Assembly: GCA_964467585.1 (NCBI GenBank)
Contig: CAYXRF010000011.1
Span: 1,645-65,644, forward strand
Length of the DNA: 64,000 bases
From: an uncultured Oscillospiraceae bacterium
Lineage (GTDB): Bacteria > Bacillota > Clostridia > Christensenellales > CAG-138
Reading direction: 5' to 3'
In this document: piece by piece, positions 10,650 through 18,824 of the stretch
How positions within the stretch are numbered: the stretch's first letter is position 1
Layout: each line of letters begins with the position of its first letter
Translations under genes and position numbers: made by a program
The notes under the pieces: generated by a model
The model's database searches: none
Told to the model about the DNA's origin: nothing
Seen by the model: only the letters and a program-made list of their open reading frames with translations

Positions 10650-11831
10650 ATGAAAAAGGCTTATGATATCTTTCGTTCCGAGCTTGCATCGATAAAGGAC
10701 GCAGGCACCTTTAAGGATGAGCGAATCATTACAACGCCGCAGAAAGCGCGTATCGACACAACAATGACGAAGGGCGTTCTGAACATGTGCGCCAATAACT
10801 ATCTCGGTCTTGCCGATAACCCCGATATAATCGCGGCGGCAAAGGCAAGCTATGATAAATGGGGCTTCGGACTTTCGTCTGTTCGCTTCATTTGCGGTAC
10901 GCAGCAGATCCACAAGCAGCTTGAGCGCAAGCTTGCTGATTTTATCGGCACAGACGATGCTATTCTGTACTCCTCCTGCTTTGATGCAAACGGCGGTCTT
11001 TTTGAAACGCTGCTTGGTGCGGAAGACGCTATTATTTCGGATGAGCTTAACCATGCAAGCATTATTGACGGTGTGAGGCTTTGCAAGGCAAAACGATTCC
11101 GCTACAAAAACAATAATATGGAAGACCTTAGGTCTCAGCTTGAAGCGGCGAAGGATTGCCGCATAAAGATGATTGCAACAGACGGCGTGTTTTCAATGGA
11201 TGGGTTTATCGCAAACCTCCCCGCCATATGCGATCTGGCGGATGAGTTCGGCGCGCTTGTTATGGTTGATGATTCCCATGCGGTCGGCTTTATGGGTGAA
11301 CATGGCAGAGGAACGGCCGAGGCTTGCAGCGTGATGGGACGCGTTGACGTTATCACCGGTACTCTTGGCAAGGCAATGGGCGGCGCTTCCGGCGGCTACA
11401 CCTGCGCAAGACAAGAGATTGTTGACCTGCTCCGTCAAAAGTCTCGTCCATACCTGTTCTCCAACACGCTTGCGCCGGCTATCTGTGCCGCCTCAATGAA
11501 GGTTATTGATATGCTGACGGAGTCAACGGCTCTGCGTGATAAAGTCCATGAAAATACTGCATATTTCCGTAAAGAGCTTGGCAAGCTCGGCTTTGACGTG
11601 CCTGAAAGCACGCATCCGATAGTGCCTGTTATGCTCTATGACGCAAAGATTGCACAGGAGTTTGCGCGTCGCATGCTTGAAAAGGGCGTATATGTCGTGG
11701 GCTTCTGCTATCCCGTTGTTCCGATGGGCAAGGCAAGGATCAGGACGCAGGTATCTGCGGGTCACTCAAAGGAGGATCTCGATTTTGCCGTTAAGTGCTT
11801 CAAAGAGGTTAAGGAAGAAATGGGCGTCTGA
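10650..11831 (+). CDS. kbl: Glycine C-acetyltransferase (2-amino-3-ketobutyrate CoA ligase)
   Basis: Starts [27 protein letters not shown]. Contains [20 protein letters not shown] and the PLP lysine motif GTLGKAMGG. The ATG at 10650 follows a GAAAGGGG RBS, and the gene sits immediately after tdh. Confidence 0.92.
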   Translation: MKKAYDIFRSELASIKDAGTFKDERIITTPQKARIDTTMTKGVLNMCANNYLGLADNPDIIAAAKASYDKWGFGLSSVRFICGTQQIHKQLERKLADFIGTDDAILYSSCFDANGGLFETLLGAEDAIISDELNHASIIDGVRLCKAKRFRYKNNNMEDLRSQLEAAKDCRIKMIATDGVFSMDGFIANLPAICDLADEFGALVMVDDSHAVGFMGEHGRGTAEACSVMGRVDVITGTLGKAMGGASGGYTCARQEIVDLLRQKSRPYLFSNTLAPAICAASMKVIDMLTESTALRDKVHENTAYFRKELGKLGFDVPESTHPIVPVMLYDAKIAQEFARRMLEKGVYVVGFCYPVVPMGKARIRTQVSAGHSKEDLDFAVKCFKEVKEEMGV

Positions 11832-11902
11832 CGCATAAACACGTTTTAACCGTTGGGGCTGCCGCAAAGCTTTGGCGACAGTCCCACGCTTTATTTTGGT
11901 GG

Positions 11903-11930
11903 TTGCAAATGAAAGCCTTTCGTGTATAAT
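11903..11930 (+). promoter_or_regulatory. Sigma-A type promoter for trpS
   Basis: TTGCAA (11903-11908), 16-nt spacer, TATAAT (11925-11930) preceded by TG. It lies 36 nt upstream of the trpS ATG. Confidence 0.5.
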
Positions 11931-11965
11931 GTTGAGAAGAAAATCCCGAAAAGGAGGGTTAACTC

Positions 11966-12955
11966 ATGGAGAAGAAAATTATTTTGAGCGGCATTAAGCC
12001 GACGGGTATTCCAACACTTGGCAACTATATAGGGGCGCTTCGCAACTGGCGGCTTTCCCAGGAGGATGACAAGTATTGCTATTACATGGTGGCGGATATG
12101 CACGCGCTGACAGTGCGCAACGATCCGTCGGAGCTCAAGCAGCAGACAAGAAGCATGGCGGCTTTGCTCATCGCATGCGGTATAGATCCCAATAAGTCAC
12201 CGCTGTTTATCCAAAGCCATGTTCATCAGCATGCAGAGCTTTCATGGGTGCTGGGCTGCAGCACATACATGGGAGAGCTGAGCCGCATGACTCAATTCAA
12301 GGATAAAAGCGCCAAACACGCTGACAATATCAACGCCGGTCTGTTCACATATCCGGTGCTGATGGCAGCCGATATTCTTATATATGACGCTGATTATGTG
12401 CCCGTTGGGGACGACCAAAAACAACACGTTGAGCTGGCGCGCAACATTGCAATACGTTTCAACAATACATACGGAGATACGTTTGTGGTGCCGGAGCCAA
12501 CAATGCCAAAGTTTGGCGCAAGGATAATGGGCTTGCAGGATCCAGAGCATAAGATGAGCAAAACGGATTCCAATCCAAACGGTTATATTTCTATTTTGGA
12601 CGAACCTTCCGTGATAGTCAAAAAATTCAAGAGGGCTGTTACGGACTGCGAAGCGACAATCGCATATGGCGAAGGCAGAGACGGCGTGAACAATCTGCTG
12701 ACAATTTACTGTGCTTGTACAGGTATGAATATGGAGCAGGCGGTCGCATCGTTTGAGGGTGCGGGATACGGCAAGCTAAAAACATCAGTCGCGGACGCTG
12801 TGATTGCAGAAATAGAGCCTGTACAGACAGAATACAAGCGTTTGCTTGCGGACGATCAATATCTTAATGTCACGCTTCGGCAAGGCGCCGAAAAAGCAGC
12901 TGAGAAGGCCGAGCAAACATTACAGCGTGCCTTCGAACGTGTAGGACTAAGATAG
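11966..12955 (+). CDS. trpS: Tryptophan--tRNA ligase
   Basis: 329 aa. HIGH-like motif GIKPTGIPTLGNYIG, KMSKS motif HKMSKTD, GDDQKQH. GGAGGG RBS. Confidence 0.95.
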   Translation: MEKKIILSGIKPTGIPTLGNYIGALRNWRLSQEDDKYCYYMVADMHALTVRNDPSELKQQTRSMAALLIACGIDPNKSPLFIQSHVHQHAELSWVLGCSTYMGELSRMTQFKDKSAKHADNINAGLFTYPVLMAADILIYDADYVPVGDDQKQHVELARNIAIRFNNTYGDTFVVPEPTMPKFGARIMGLQDPEHKMSKTDSNPNGYISILDEPSVIVKKFKRAVTDCEATIAYGEGRDGVNNLLTIYCACTGMNMEQAVASFEGAGYGKLKTSVADAVIAEIEPVQTEYKRLLADDQYLNVTLRQGAEKAAEKAEQTLQRAFERVGLR

Positions 12956-13145
12956 TGCCTTGCGGCAGAATAAAATTTACAAAATGATTATTTGCGCGTT
13001 GTGACGAACTCATGACGCGCTAATTGCTATATGAAGATATGTCGCGCAACACGTATGTGATTTGTAGAATCAGTCAAATAATGATATGGGAATTAATACA
13101 AATTGCAACGAGAAAACGCACGCTTTGCCGCACAACATAGATGAT

Positions 13146-13161
13146 ATCGAAAATTTTCGAT
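13146..13161. promoter_or_regulatory. Perfect 16-bp palindrome (candidate operator)
   Basis: ATCGAAAATTTTCGAT is fully self-complementary and lies about 50 bp upstream of the -35 of the dockerin-protein promoter. Confidence 0.3.
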
Positions 13162-13212
13162 TAAACAAAATATATATAATTGTGAAAAAATTGAAGTTGT
13201 GCCAATTTGTTG

Positions 13213-13241
13213 TTTACACAAAGCTGATTATATGATATAAT
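13213..13241 (+). promoter_or_regulatory. Sigma-A type promoter for the 847-aa surface protein
   Basis: TTTACA (13213-13218), 17-nt spacer, TATAAT (13236-13241). An AGGAGG RBS precedes the ATG at 13287. Confidence 0.55.
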
Positions 13242-13286
13242 CACACAAGGTATTTAATACCCTAATTTATTTCAGGAGGAAAACAC

Positions 13287-15830
13287 ATGAAAAAGGCACT
13301 TGCAATTCTTTTGGCGCTTGCTCTTACGCTTGCGGTAGTTCCCGCAACGTTTGCAGCCAAAGAGACTCCTGCGGCTTTTTTCACTGCGGAGAAGGTTAAC
13401 GCTGAGCCTAACTCACGCGATGGTAAGGTTCCCACAGTTTCCCAACACGCCACCAAGGACGATGTGTTCATCAATGCTACACTGCTTGATGAAAACTTTG
13501 ATGATGACTCAATTGGTGACTGGTGGATTACCAGCCTTGACTCAACAGACACAGGCGATTATACCGACTGGGGTCTTTACGAGTATGGTGAAGACAACTG
13601 CCACAGCGGTGCAAACTGCATGATGTCGTTCTCTTACGACTCTGCAACGAAAACCGCCCTTACTCCGGATAACTGGCTGATAACTCCGGAAATGACCATT
13701 CCCAGCGATGGCAGCACATATTATTTCAGCTGCTACATGGCGGCACAGGATCCCGACTATCCGTCAGAGCATTATTCGGTACTCGTTTGCGAAGCGTCTG
13801 AGGGTTATGACGGCACAACGATCTATCCCGACAACTGGACAAGTGAGTTTTCAGCAACTCCTACCGATGCATCATGGACGCAGGTCGTTGTAGATCTCAC
13901 CGCCTATGCCGGCAAGACGATTGCTGTTGCTATCCGTCACTACGATGTTACTGATATGTTCAGCCTGAAGATGGACGATGCGCAGTGCGGTACTCAGGGC
14001 GTTGCTGTCCTCGATACGGGCGTCACGCTTGATCAGACTACGGCCGCTCTGACAATCACAAAGGGCCTGCAGCTCACAGCGACTGTTGCTCCCGCGGATG
14101 CTTCCTACACCGAAGTAACCTATACCACAAGCGATGCTTCTGTCGCCGCGGTCAACAAAAATGGCGGTATCGTTGCTGTCGCGGCAGGTACCGCAACAAT
14201 TACGGCAACCTCACACAGCGGATTCACAGCAACCTGTGTTGTTACAGTAACTGCGGGCGATTCTGATTTTGACGACGGCATGGTTGCTTATGGCATCTAT
14301 GATATCGACAATTCTTCAAGCCCCTACACATGGTACACGTTTGATCCGACAGCCCCCGCAACCCTTACGACCGCGTATGCTGACGGCACAAACTACATCA
14401 GAAACGCTGAGTATGACGCTGCCGCAGGTCTTATCTATGCGTATGTTATCACAGACTCAACAAATAATGTCTACAGCTTTGTTTCAATCAATCCCGAAAC
14501 ATATGCGGTAACATCGATTGCTACAGGTCTTACCGTCACTCCTTGGAGTCTTGCGTATGACTACGACAATGACGTGATGTACGGCAACTTCTATGTTTAT
14601 GACTCTACCGCACAGTCGGCCACATTGACCATCTCTGCCGTTGACCTTACAACCGGCTTGGCAACGGGCACTGCCGTTATGGAGGTTATTGGTGATCTTG
14701 GCATTATGCCTCTGAATATGACCTATTACGCATCCGGCGTGTTTATCGGTGCTGATCGTGCCAGCAATCGTCTGGTTTATTTCACAGCTGACAACACAGT
14801 ATTCGGCGGCGAAGGCGTTGCGGCTGCTTATTATGTCGGCAACTACACATTTACCGAGATGAACGGCTTCTCAATCGAAACATACATTCAGGATATCTAC
14901 CTCAACCCTGTTGACGGCATGCTCTATTATGCTGCTGTTACAGGCTCAAAGTGCAGCTGGCTCGTAACCGATCTTGGCACGGGCATCACCGTCAACCTTG
15001 GCACAACGGGCGGCGGCACATACGGTATTGAGATGGCAGGCATATTCACCTATTACACAGTAACCACATACTACACTGTTACATTCTACGACAGTATTGA
15101 CGGCACCGTGATTTCCACACAAGAGGTTGCAGAGGGCGAAGCGGCAACGGCTCCCACAGCTCCCACGCACGAGGGCTACACCTTCACAGCTTGGGATCCC
15201 GCTGACTTCTCCGCTGTTACGGCAAATATGGATATCTACACCGTTTACACTATCAATACCTATACTGTAACGTTCGTTGATTGGGATGGCACAATTATCA
15301 ATTCTCAGTCTGTTGCGCATGGCGCTGCAGCAGCCGCTCCTGCGGATCCCACACGCGAGGGCTACACCTTCACAGGTTGGGATGTTGCTTATAACAACAT
15401 CACAGGCGATCTCACAGTTACAGCACAGTATACGATTAACACCTATACAGTAACGTTTGTTGATTGGGACGGCACGGTTCTTGATACACAGACTGTTGCG
15501 CATGGCGCTGCAGCTGCCGCTCCCGCAGATCCCACACGCGAGGGCTACTCCTTCACAGGTTGGGATGTTGCGTTTGACAACATTACCGGCAATCTGACCG
15601 TTACTGCCACATATGAAGAGAATGCTCCCGTTGGTCTGCTTGGCGATGTTAACTGCGATGGCTCGATCACGTTCGCAGACGTTGCACTTCTGTACGGCGC
15701 GATATTCTCCAGCGGCGGCGAGGGCTCAATTGTTCTTTCCGCACAGGGCGTAATCAATGCTGATTTCAACCAGGATGGCTCAATATCATTTGCCGATGTT
15801 ACAGCCTTGTACAGCGCGATTCTGCTGTAA
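13287..15830 (+). CDS. Secreted multidomain protein: choice-of-anchor-J-like domain, Big_2, beta-rich region, 3x Listeria-Bacteroides repeats, type I dockerin
   Basis: Signal peptide MKKALAILLALALTLAVVPATFA. DNWLITPEMTIP...IAVAIRHYDVTDMFSLKMDD resembles choice-of-anchor J / cleaved-adhesin domains. LQLTATVAPADAS...ATITATSHSGFTATCVVTV resembles Big_2. Three YTVTFVDWDG...GYTFTGWD repeats follow. The C-terminus has duplicated Ca-binding dockerin segments DVNCDGSITFADV and DFNQDGSISFADV. Confidence 0.85.
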   Translation: MKKALAILLALALTLAVVPATFAAKETPAAFFTAEKVNAEPNSRDGKVPTVSQHATKDDVFINATLLDENFDDDSIGDWWITSLDSTDTGDYTDWGLYEYGEDNCHSGANCMMSFSYDSATKTALTPDNWLITPEMTIPSDGSTYYFSCYMAAQDPDYPSEHYSVLVCEASEGYDGTTIYPDNWTSEFSATPTDASWTQVVVDLTAYAGKTIAVAIRHYDVTDMFSLKMDDAQCGTQGVAVLDTGVTLDQTTAALTITKGLQLTATVAPADASYTEVTYTTSDASVAAVNKNGGIVAVAAGTATITATSHSGFTATCVVTVTAGDSDFDDGMVAYGIYDIDNSSSPYTWYTFDPTAPATLTTAYADGTNYIRNAEYDAAAGLIYAYVITDSTNNVYSFVSINPETYAVTSIATGLTVTPWSLAYDYDNDVMYGNFYVYDSTAQSATLTISAVDLTTGLATGTAVMEVIGDLGIMPLNMTYYASGVFIGADRASNRLVYFTADNTVFGGEGVAAAYYVGNYTFTEMNGFSIETYIQDIYLNPVDGMLYYAAVTGSKCSWLVTDLGTGITVNLGTTGGGTYGIEMAGIFTYYTVTTYYTVTFYDSIDGTVISTQEVAEGEAATAPTAPTHEGYTFTAWDPADFSAVTANMDIYTVYTINTYTVTFVDWDGTIINSQSVAHGAAAAAPADPTREGYTFTGWDVAYNNITGDLTVTAQYTINTYTVTFVDWDGTVLDTQTVAHGAAAAAPADPTREGYSFTGWDVAFDNITGNLTVTATYEENAPVGLLGDVNCDGSITFADVALLYGAIFSSGGEGSIVLSAQGVINADFNQDGSISFADVTALYSAILL
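15069..15623 (+). repeat. Three tandem coding repeats (63, 61 and 61 codons; Listeria-Bacteroides/InlB B-repeat type)
   Basis: Copies 2 (15258-15440) and 3 (15441-15623) are close to identical at nucleotide level with a 183-bp period. Copy 1 is more diverged. Confidence 0.85.
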
Positions 15831-15856
15831 GGCAAAGTAAAAAAGTTAATTCACTA

Positions 15857-15890
15857 AAAATCGGGAGCGGCAGATGCCGCTCCCGATTTT
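15857..15890. terminator. Bidirectional rho-independent terminator between convergent genes
   Basis: AAAATCGGGAGCGGC, AGAT loop, GCCGCTCCCGATTTT. The stem is perfect and GC-rich, with A- and T-tracts on either side. Confidence 0.8.
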
Positions 15891-15914
15891 GAACTCAAAA
15901 CATATATGTTAAGT

Positions 15915-16880
15915 TCACGTAACCTTATAAATCTCATCTGCCTCAGGCGGAAGCAGAAGCTCACCGGAGGAAGATATTGCTCTGTCTCCACGGGCAACGC
16001 CAATGATTGTGGCTTCAATCCCCATGCGATGTATGCCGTTAACAAGTGATTTGCCATCGCTGCACGCAATAAGCATACATCCGCTTGAAATAAGCTTATA
16101 CGGGTTGACGCCAAAGTGATCGCACAGCTTTCCGGTGATCGGATGGACGGGGATTGCAAGCGGGTCAAATTGTATGCCAATATTAGAAGCAGCGCTCATT
16201 TCCCACATTGCCCCATAAATACCGCCCTCGGTAACATCGTGCATAGCGGTTGCACCATGAGCCGCGGCAAAAAGCCCTTCGTCAACAACGCTTGTCAATT
16301 CGGAGAATCCGCGTACTTCATCAAGCTCTGCGGGTGAAAGCACATCAGAACCGCAAGGCAGCTTGTCCGCAAGCAGCAAGGCGCCCTCAAGACCGGCGTG
16401 CTTTGTCATCACAATATCATTGCCCAAACGCATACCTTTTGGAGTGATTAAGCCTGCCGAAGTGGGCTTTGCAATTACTGTGGCACAGGTTATTATACGA
16501 TTAACGGAAGGCGTAACCTCAGTATGTCCGCCAATAATATCAACATGAGCAGCTTCAGCGGCCGCGATAAGCTCGTTCATCAGAGAGTCAATATCTGATT
16601 CGACAATCGAAGGCGGCAAAAGAAACGTCAGCAATAGACCTATCGGCTCTGCTCCCGACGCGGCGGCGTCGTTGCATGACACGTTAACAGTTAACCTGCC
16701 GATGCCGCTTTCCGCAGCAGTTATCGGGTCGCATGACAATACGGCAAGACCACCGTCAATGTGTACAGCTGTGCAGTCAACACCAACGCTCGGTGCGCAA
16801 ACAACCTCGCTCCGCGTGTGCTTCAGCTTATTCAGTATCAGCCTGTCAAGCTGCTCGTTTGAAAGTTTACCTATTCTCAT
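15915..16880 (-). CDS. AIR synthase-related (PurM-like fold) ATP-dependent enzyme of unknown substrate
   Basis: Starts MRIGKLSNEQLDRLILNKL. The VGVDCTAV...CDPIT...NDAAASGAEP and IIGGHTEV motifs are typical of the PurM/ThiL/HypE/SelD superfamily. The ATG at 16880 overlaps the ligA stop by 14 nt. The longest ORF reaches 16973 inside ligA. Confidence 0.78.
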   Translation of the reverse strand: MRIGKLSNEQLDRLILNKLKHTRSEVVCAPSVGVDCTAVHIDGGLAVLSCDPITAAESGIGRLTVNVSCNDAAASGAEPIGLLLTFLLPPSIVESDIDSLMNELIAAAEAAHVDIIGGHTEVTPSVNRIITCATVIAKPTSAGLITPKGMRLGNDIVMTKHAGLEGALLLADKLPCGSDVLSPAELDEVRGFSELTSVVDEGLFAAAHGATAMHDVTEGGIYGAMWEMSAASNIGIQFDPLAIPVHPITGKLCDHFGVNPYKLISSGCMLIACSDGKSLVNGIHRMGIEATIIGVARGDRAISSSGELLLPPEADEIYKVT

Positions 16881-18822
16881 AGCCCACCATATCCAAAAAA
16901 TCCTTTTCAGAAAGCACCGCAACACCAAGCGTGCGCGCTTTGTCAAGCTTACTTCCGGCATTCTCACCAACAACTACATAGTCGGTTTTGCGGCTGACAC
17001 TGCCGCTTGCGTGACCGCCCAGACTTTCAATCAAGGCTTCAATGTCAGGACGCTTCATTGAGGAAAGAGTGCCGGTAACTACAATGGTTTTTCCGATGAT
17101 TGGAGAACTGTCGGACGAACGCCCGACATAAGTCGGACGAACGCCCGACATCAAAAGCTTGTCAATTTGCGCACTTAGTGATTCATCCGAAAGAAAACTG
17201 ATGATACTATCCGCAACTACATCGCCAACATCGCGAATAGAGATAAGCTCTTGACGCGTTGCCAATCTGAATTTTTCAATGCTGCCAAACGCAGCCGCAA
17301 TATCTCTTGCGGTTTTTATGCCTACATTTGGTATGCCAAGTGCAAAAATAAATGATCCAAGCTCACAATCCTTGCTCTTTTCAATGGCTCCAAGTATGTT
17401 TGAAACACGTTTTTCTGCAAAGCCTGCAAGACCCTTGAAGCTGTTTTCCGTCAGATCATAAAGTTCGGGTATATTTCGCAGGCCCGTCTCATTTACAAGC
17501 AGCTCGGCTGTTTTTTCAGAAAACCCGTCTATGTCCATTGCATCGCGTGATGCAAAATGCGAAAGTCGTGCAACAATCTGCGGCGTACAAGAAAGCGAGT
17601 TTGTGCAATATATGTGAGCGCCGCGCCTTTCTGTATGCGCACCGCAGCTGGGACATTTTGTCGGCGGTGCAACAGGATTCTCGGGTTCGCCGTCATCAAC
17701 GCTTGAAAGAATCTCGGGGATAACGTCATTGCTTCTGCGGATAAATACGCGAGAGCCTATCCCAACACGCTTTCTGAGTATGTCGTCATAGTTGTTTAAC
17801 GTTGCTTTACGAATAGTGGCGCCCATAAGTTCAACCGGCTCCACGTGCGCAAGCGGCGTAAGCTTGCCTGTTCGTCCGACCTCCCATGTGATATCCAAAA
17901 CGGTTGTGGTTTGCTCCTGCGCGGCAAATTTATATGCTATCGCGCCACGCGGGAAACGATCGGTATATCCCAAGCTCTCAGAGAACGGAATGTTATCAAG
18001 CTTAATTACCATACCGTCAATATCATAATCAAGGTCAAAACGTCGTTCCTCCGCAGCATCTATTTCCGCAATTACTTCGTCAATATTACCCTTAAACGCA
18101 AAGTCGCTTATGACAAATCCGTTGTTCTTGAGAAAGTCAAGCATGCCTGTCTGCGTTTCAAATGCTGTGCTGTCAGAAAATCCAATATCATAGGTAACAA
18201 AATCAAGCCTTCGTTTTTTTGTTACGGAGGGATCAAGATTTCTCAGCGCACCTGCCGCAGCGTTTCGGGGATTTTTAAGCTGATCATCCGACGACGTGTT
18301 AAGCTCGTTCAACACGGATATTCGCATATAACATTCGCCGCGAACTTCAAGCTTGCCCATATGAGGTATCGAAAGCGGTATGCTGCGAATTGTGCGCGCC
18401 TGGGGGAGAATACCTTCGCCTGAAATTCCGTTGCCGCGAGTTGCTGCATCAACAAGCATACCACCATCATATGTGAGATTGACGGTTAATCCATCAAATT
18501 TATACTCAAGAATAAAATCAAGCATTTCTGCTGAGCTTTTTTGACATTTTGCAGCCCAATCACGAAGCTCGCCATATGTTTTGACCTTGTCAAGACTCCA
18601 TAGCCTGCGAATATGCGTATGCTCCTCAAATGCAGACATTATCGTACTGCCAACCCTGTGCGTTGGGGAATTTGCAAGCACAACGCCCGTGCTTTGCTCC
18701 AAAGAAGCAAGCTCATCATAAAGAGCGTCATATTCGGCGTCGCTTGCGGGCGAAGCGTCACGCATATAGTAAGCGGCAGAAAGCTCGTTCAGGCGATCAA
18801 CCAGCCACTTCATCCTATCCAT
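16867..18822 (-). CDS. ligA: NAD-dependent DNA ligase
   Basis: 651 aa. Adenylation motif EYKFDGLTVNL (KxDG), Zn finger CPSCGAHTERRGAHIYCTN, HhH region and C-terminal BRCT (GKTIVVTGTL...). Confidence 0.95.
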   Translation of the reverse strand: MDRMKWLVDRLNELSAAYYMRDASPASDAEYDALYDELASLEQSTGVVLANSPTHRVGSTIMSAFEEHTHIRRLWSLDKVKTYGELRDWAAKCQKSSAEMLDFILEYKFDGLTVNLTYDGGMLVDAATRGNGISGEGILPQARTIRSIPLSIPHMGKLEVRGECYMRISVLNELNTSSDDQLKNPRNAAAGALRNLDPSVTKKRRLDFVTYDIGFSDSTAFETQTGMLDFLKNNGFVISDFAFKGNIDEVIAEIDAAEERRFDLDYDIDGMVIKLDNIPFSESLGYTDRFPRGAIAYKFAAQEQTTTVLDITWEVGRTGKLTPLAHVEPVELMGATIRKATLNNYDDILRKRVGIGSRVFIRRSNDVIPEILSSVDDGEPENPVAPPTKCPSCGAHTERRGAHIYCTNSLSCTPQIVARLSHFASRDAMDIDGFSEKTAELLVNETGLRNIPELYDLTENSFKGLAGFAEKRVSNILGAIEKSKDCELGSFIFALGIPNVGIKTARDIAAAFGSIEKFRLATRQELISIRDVGDVVADSIISFLSDESLSAQIDKLLMSGVRPTYVGRSSDSSPIIGKTIVVTGTLSSMKRPDIEALIESLGGHASGSVSRKTDYVVVGENAGSKLDKARTLGVAVLSEKDFLDMVGYENR

Positions 18823-18824
18823 GC

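Noticed and set aside
11832-11965. T-box riboswitch leader upstream of trpS.
   Set aside because: Only 134 nt separate kbl and trpS, and a promoter at 11903-11930 leaves a roughly 30-nt 5' UTR. There is no specifier loop, no conserved T-box sequence (only a fortuitous GGTGGT) and no terminator/antiterminator pair.
15069-15623. Regularly spaced direct repeats that might be a CRISPR-like array.
   Set aside because: The 183-189-bp units are contiguous, in-frame and translate to Listeria-Bacteroides protein repeats inside a long ORF. There are no short repeat/spacer units anywhere in the window.
15915-16880. Assigning the PurM-fold protein as HypE, SelD or ThiL.
   Set aside because: The C-terminus ends ...EADEIYKVT with no HypE terminal cysteine motif. 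There is no SelD-type N-terminal Cys/Sec glycine-rich loop. No hydrogenase maturation, selenium or thiamine genes lie nearby. I left it as an unassigned superfamily member.
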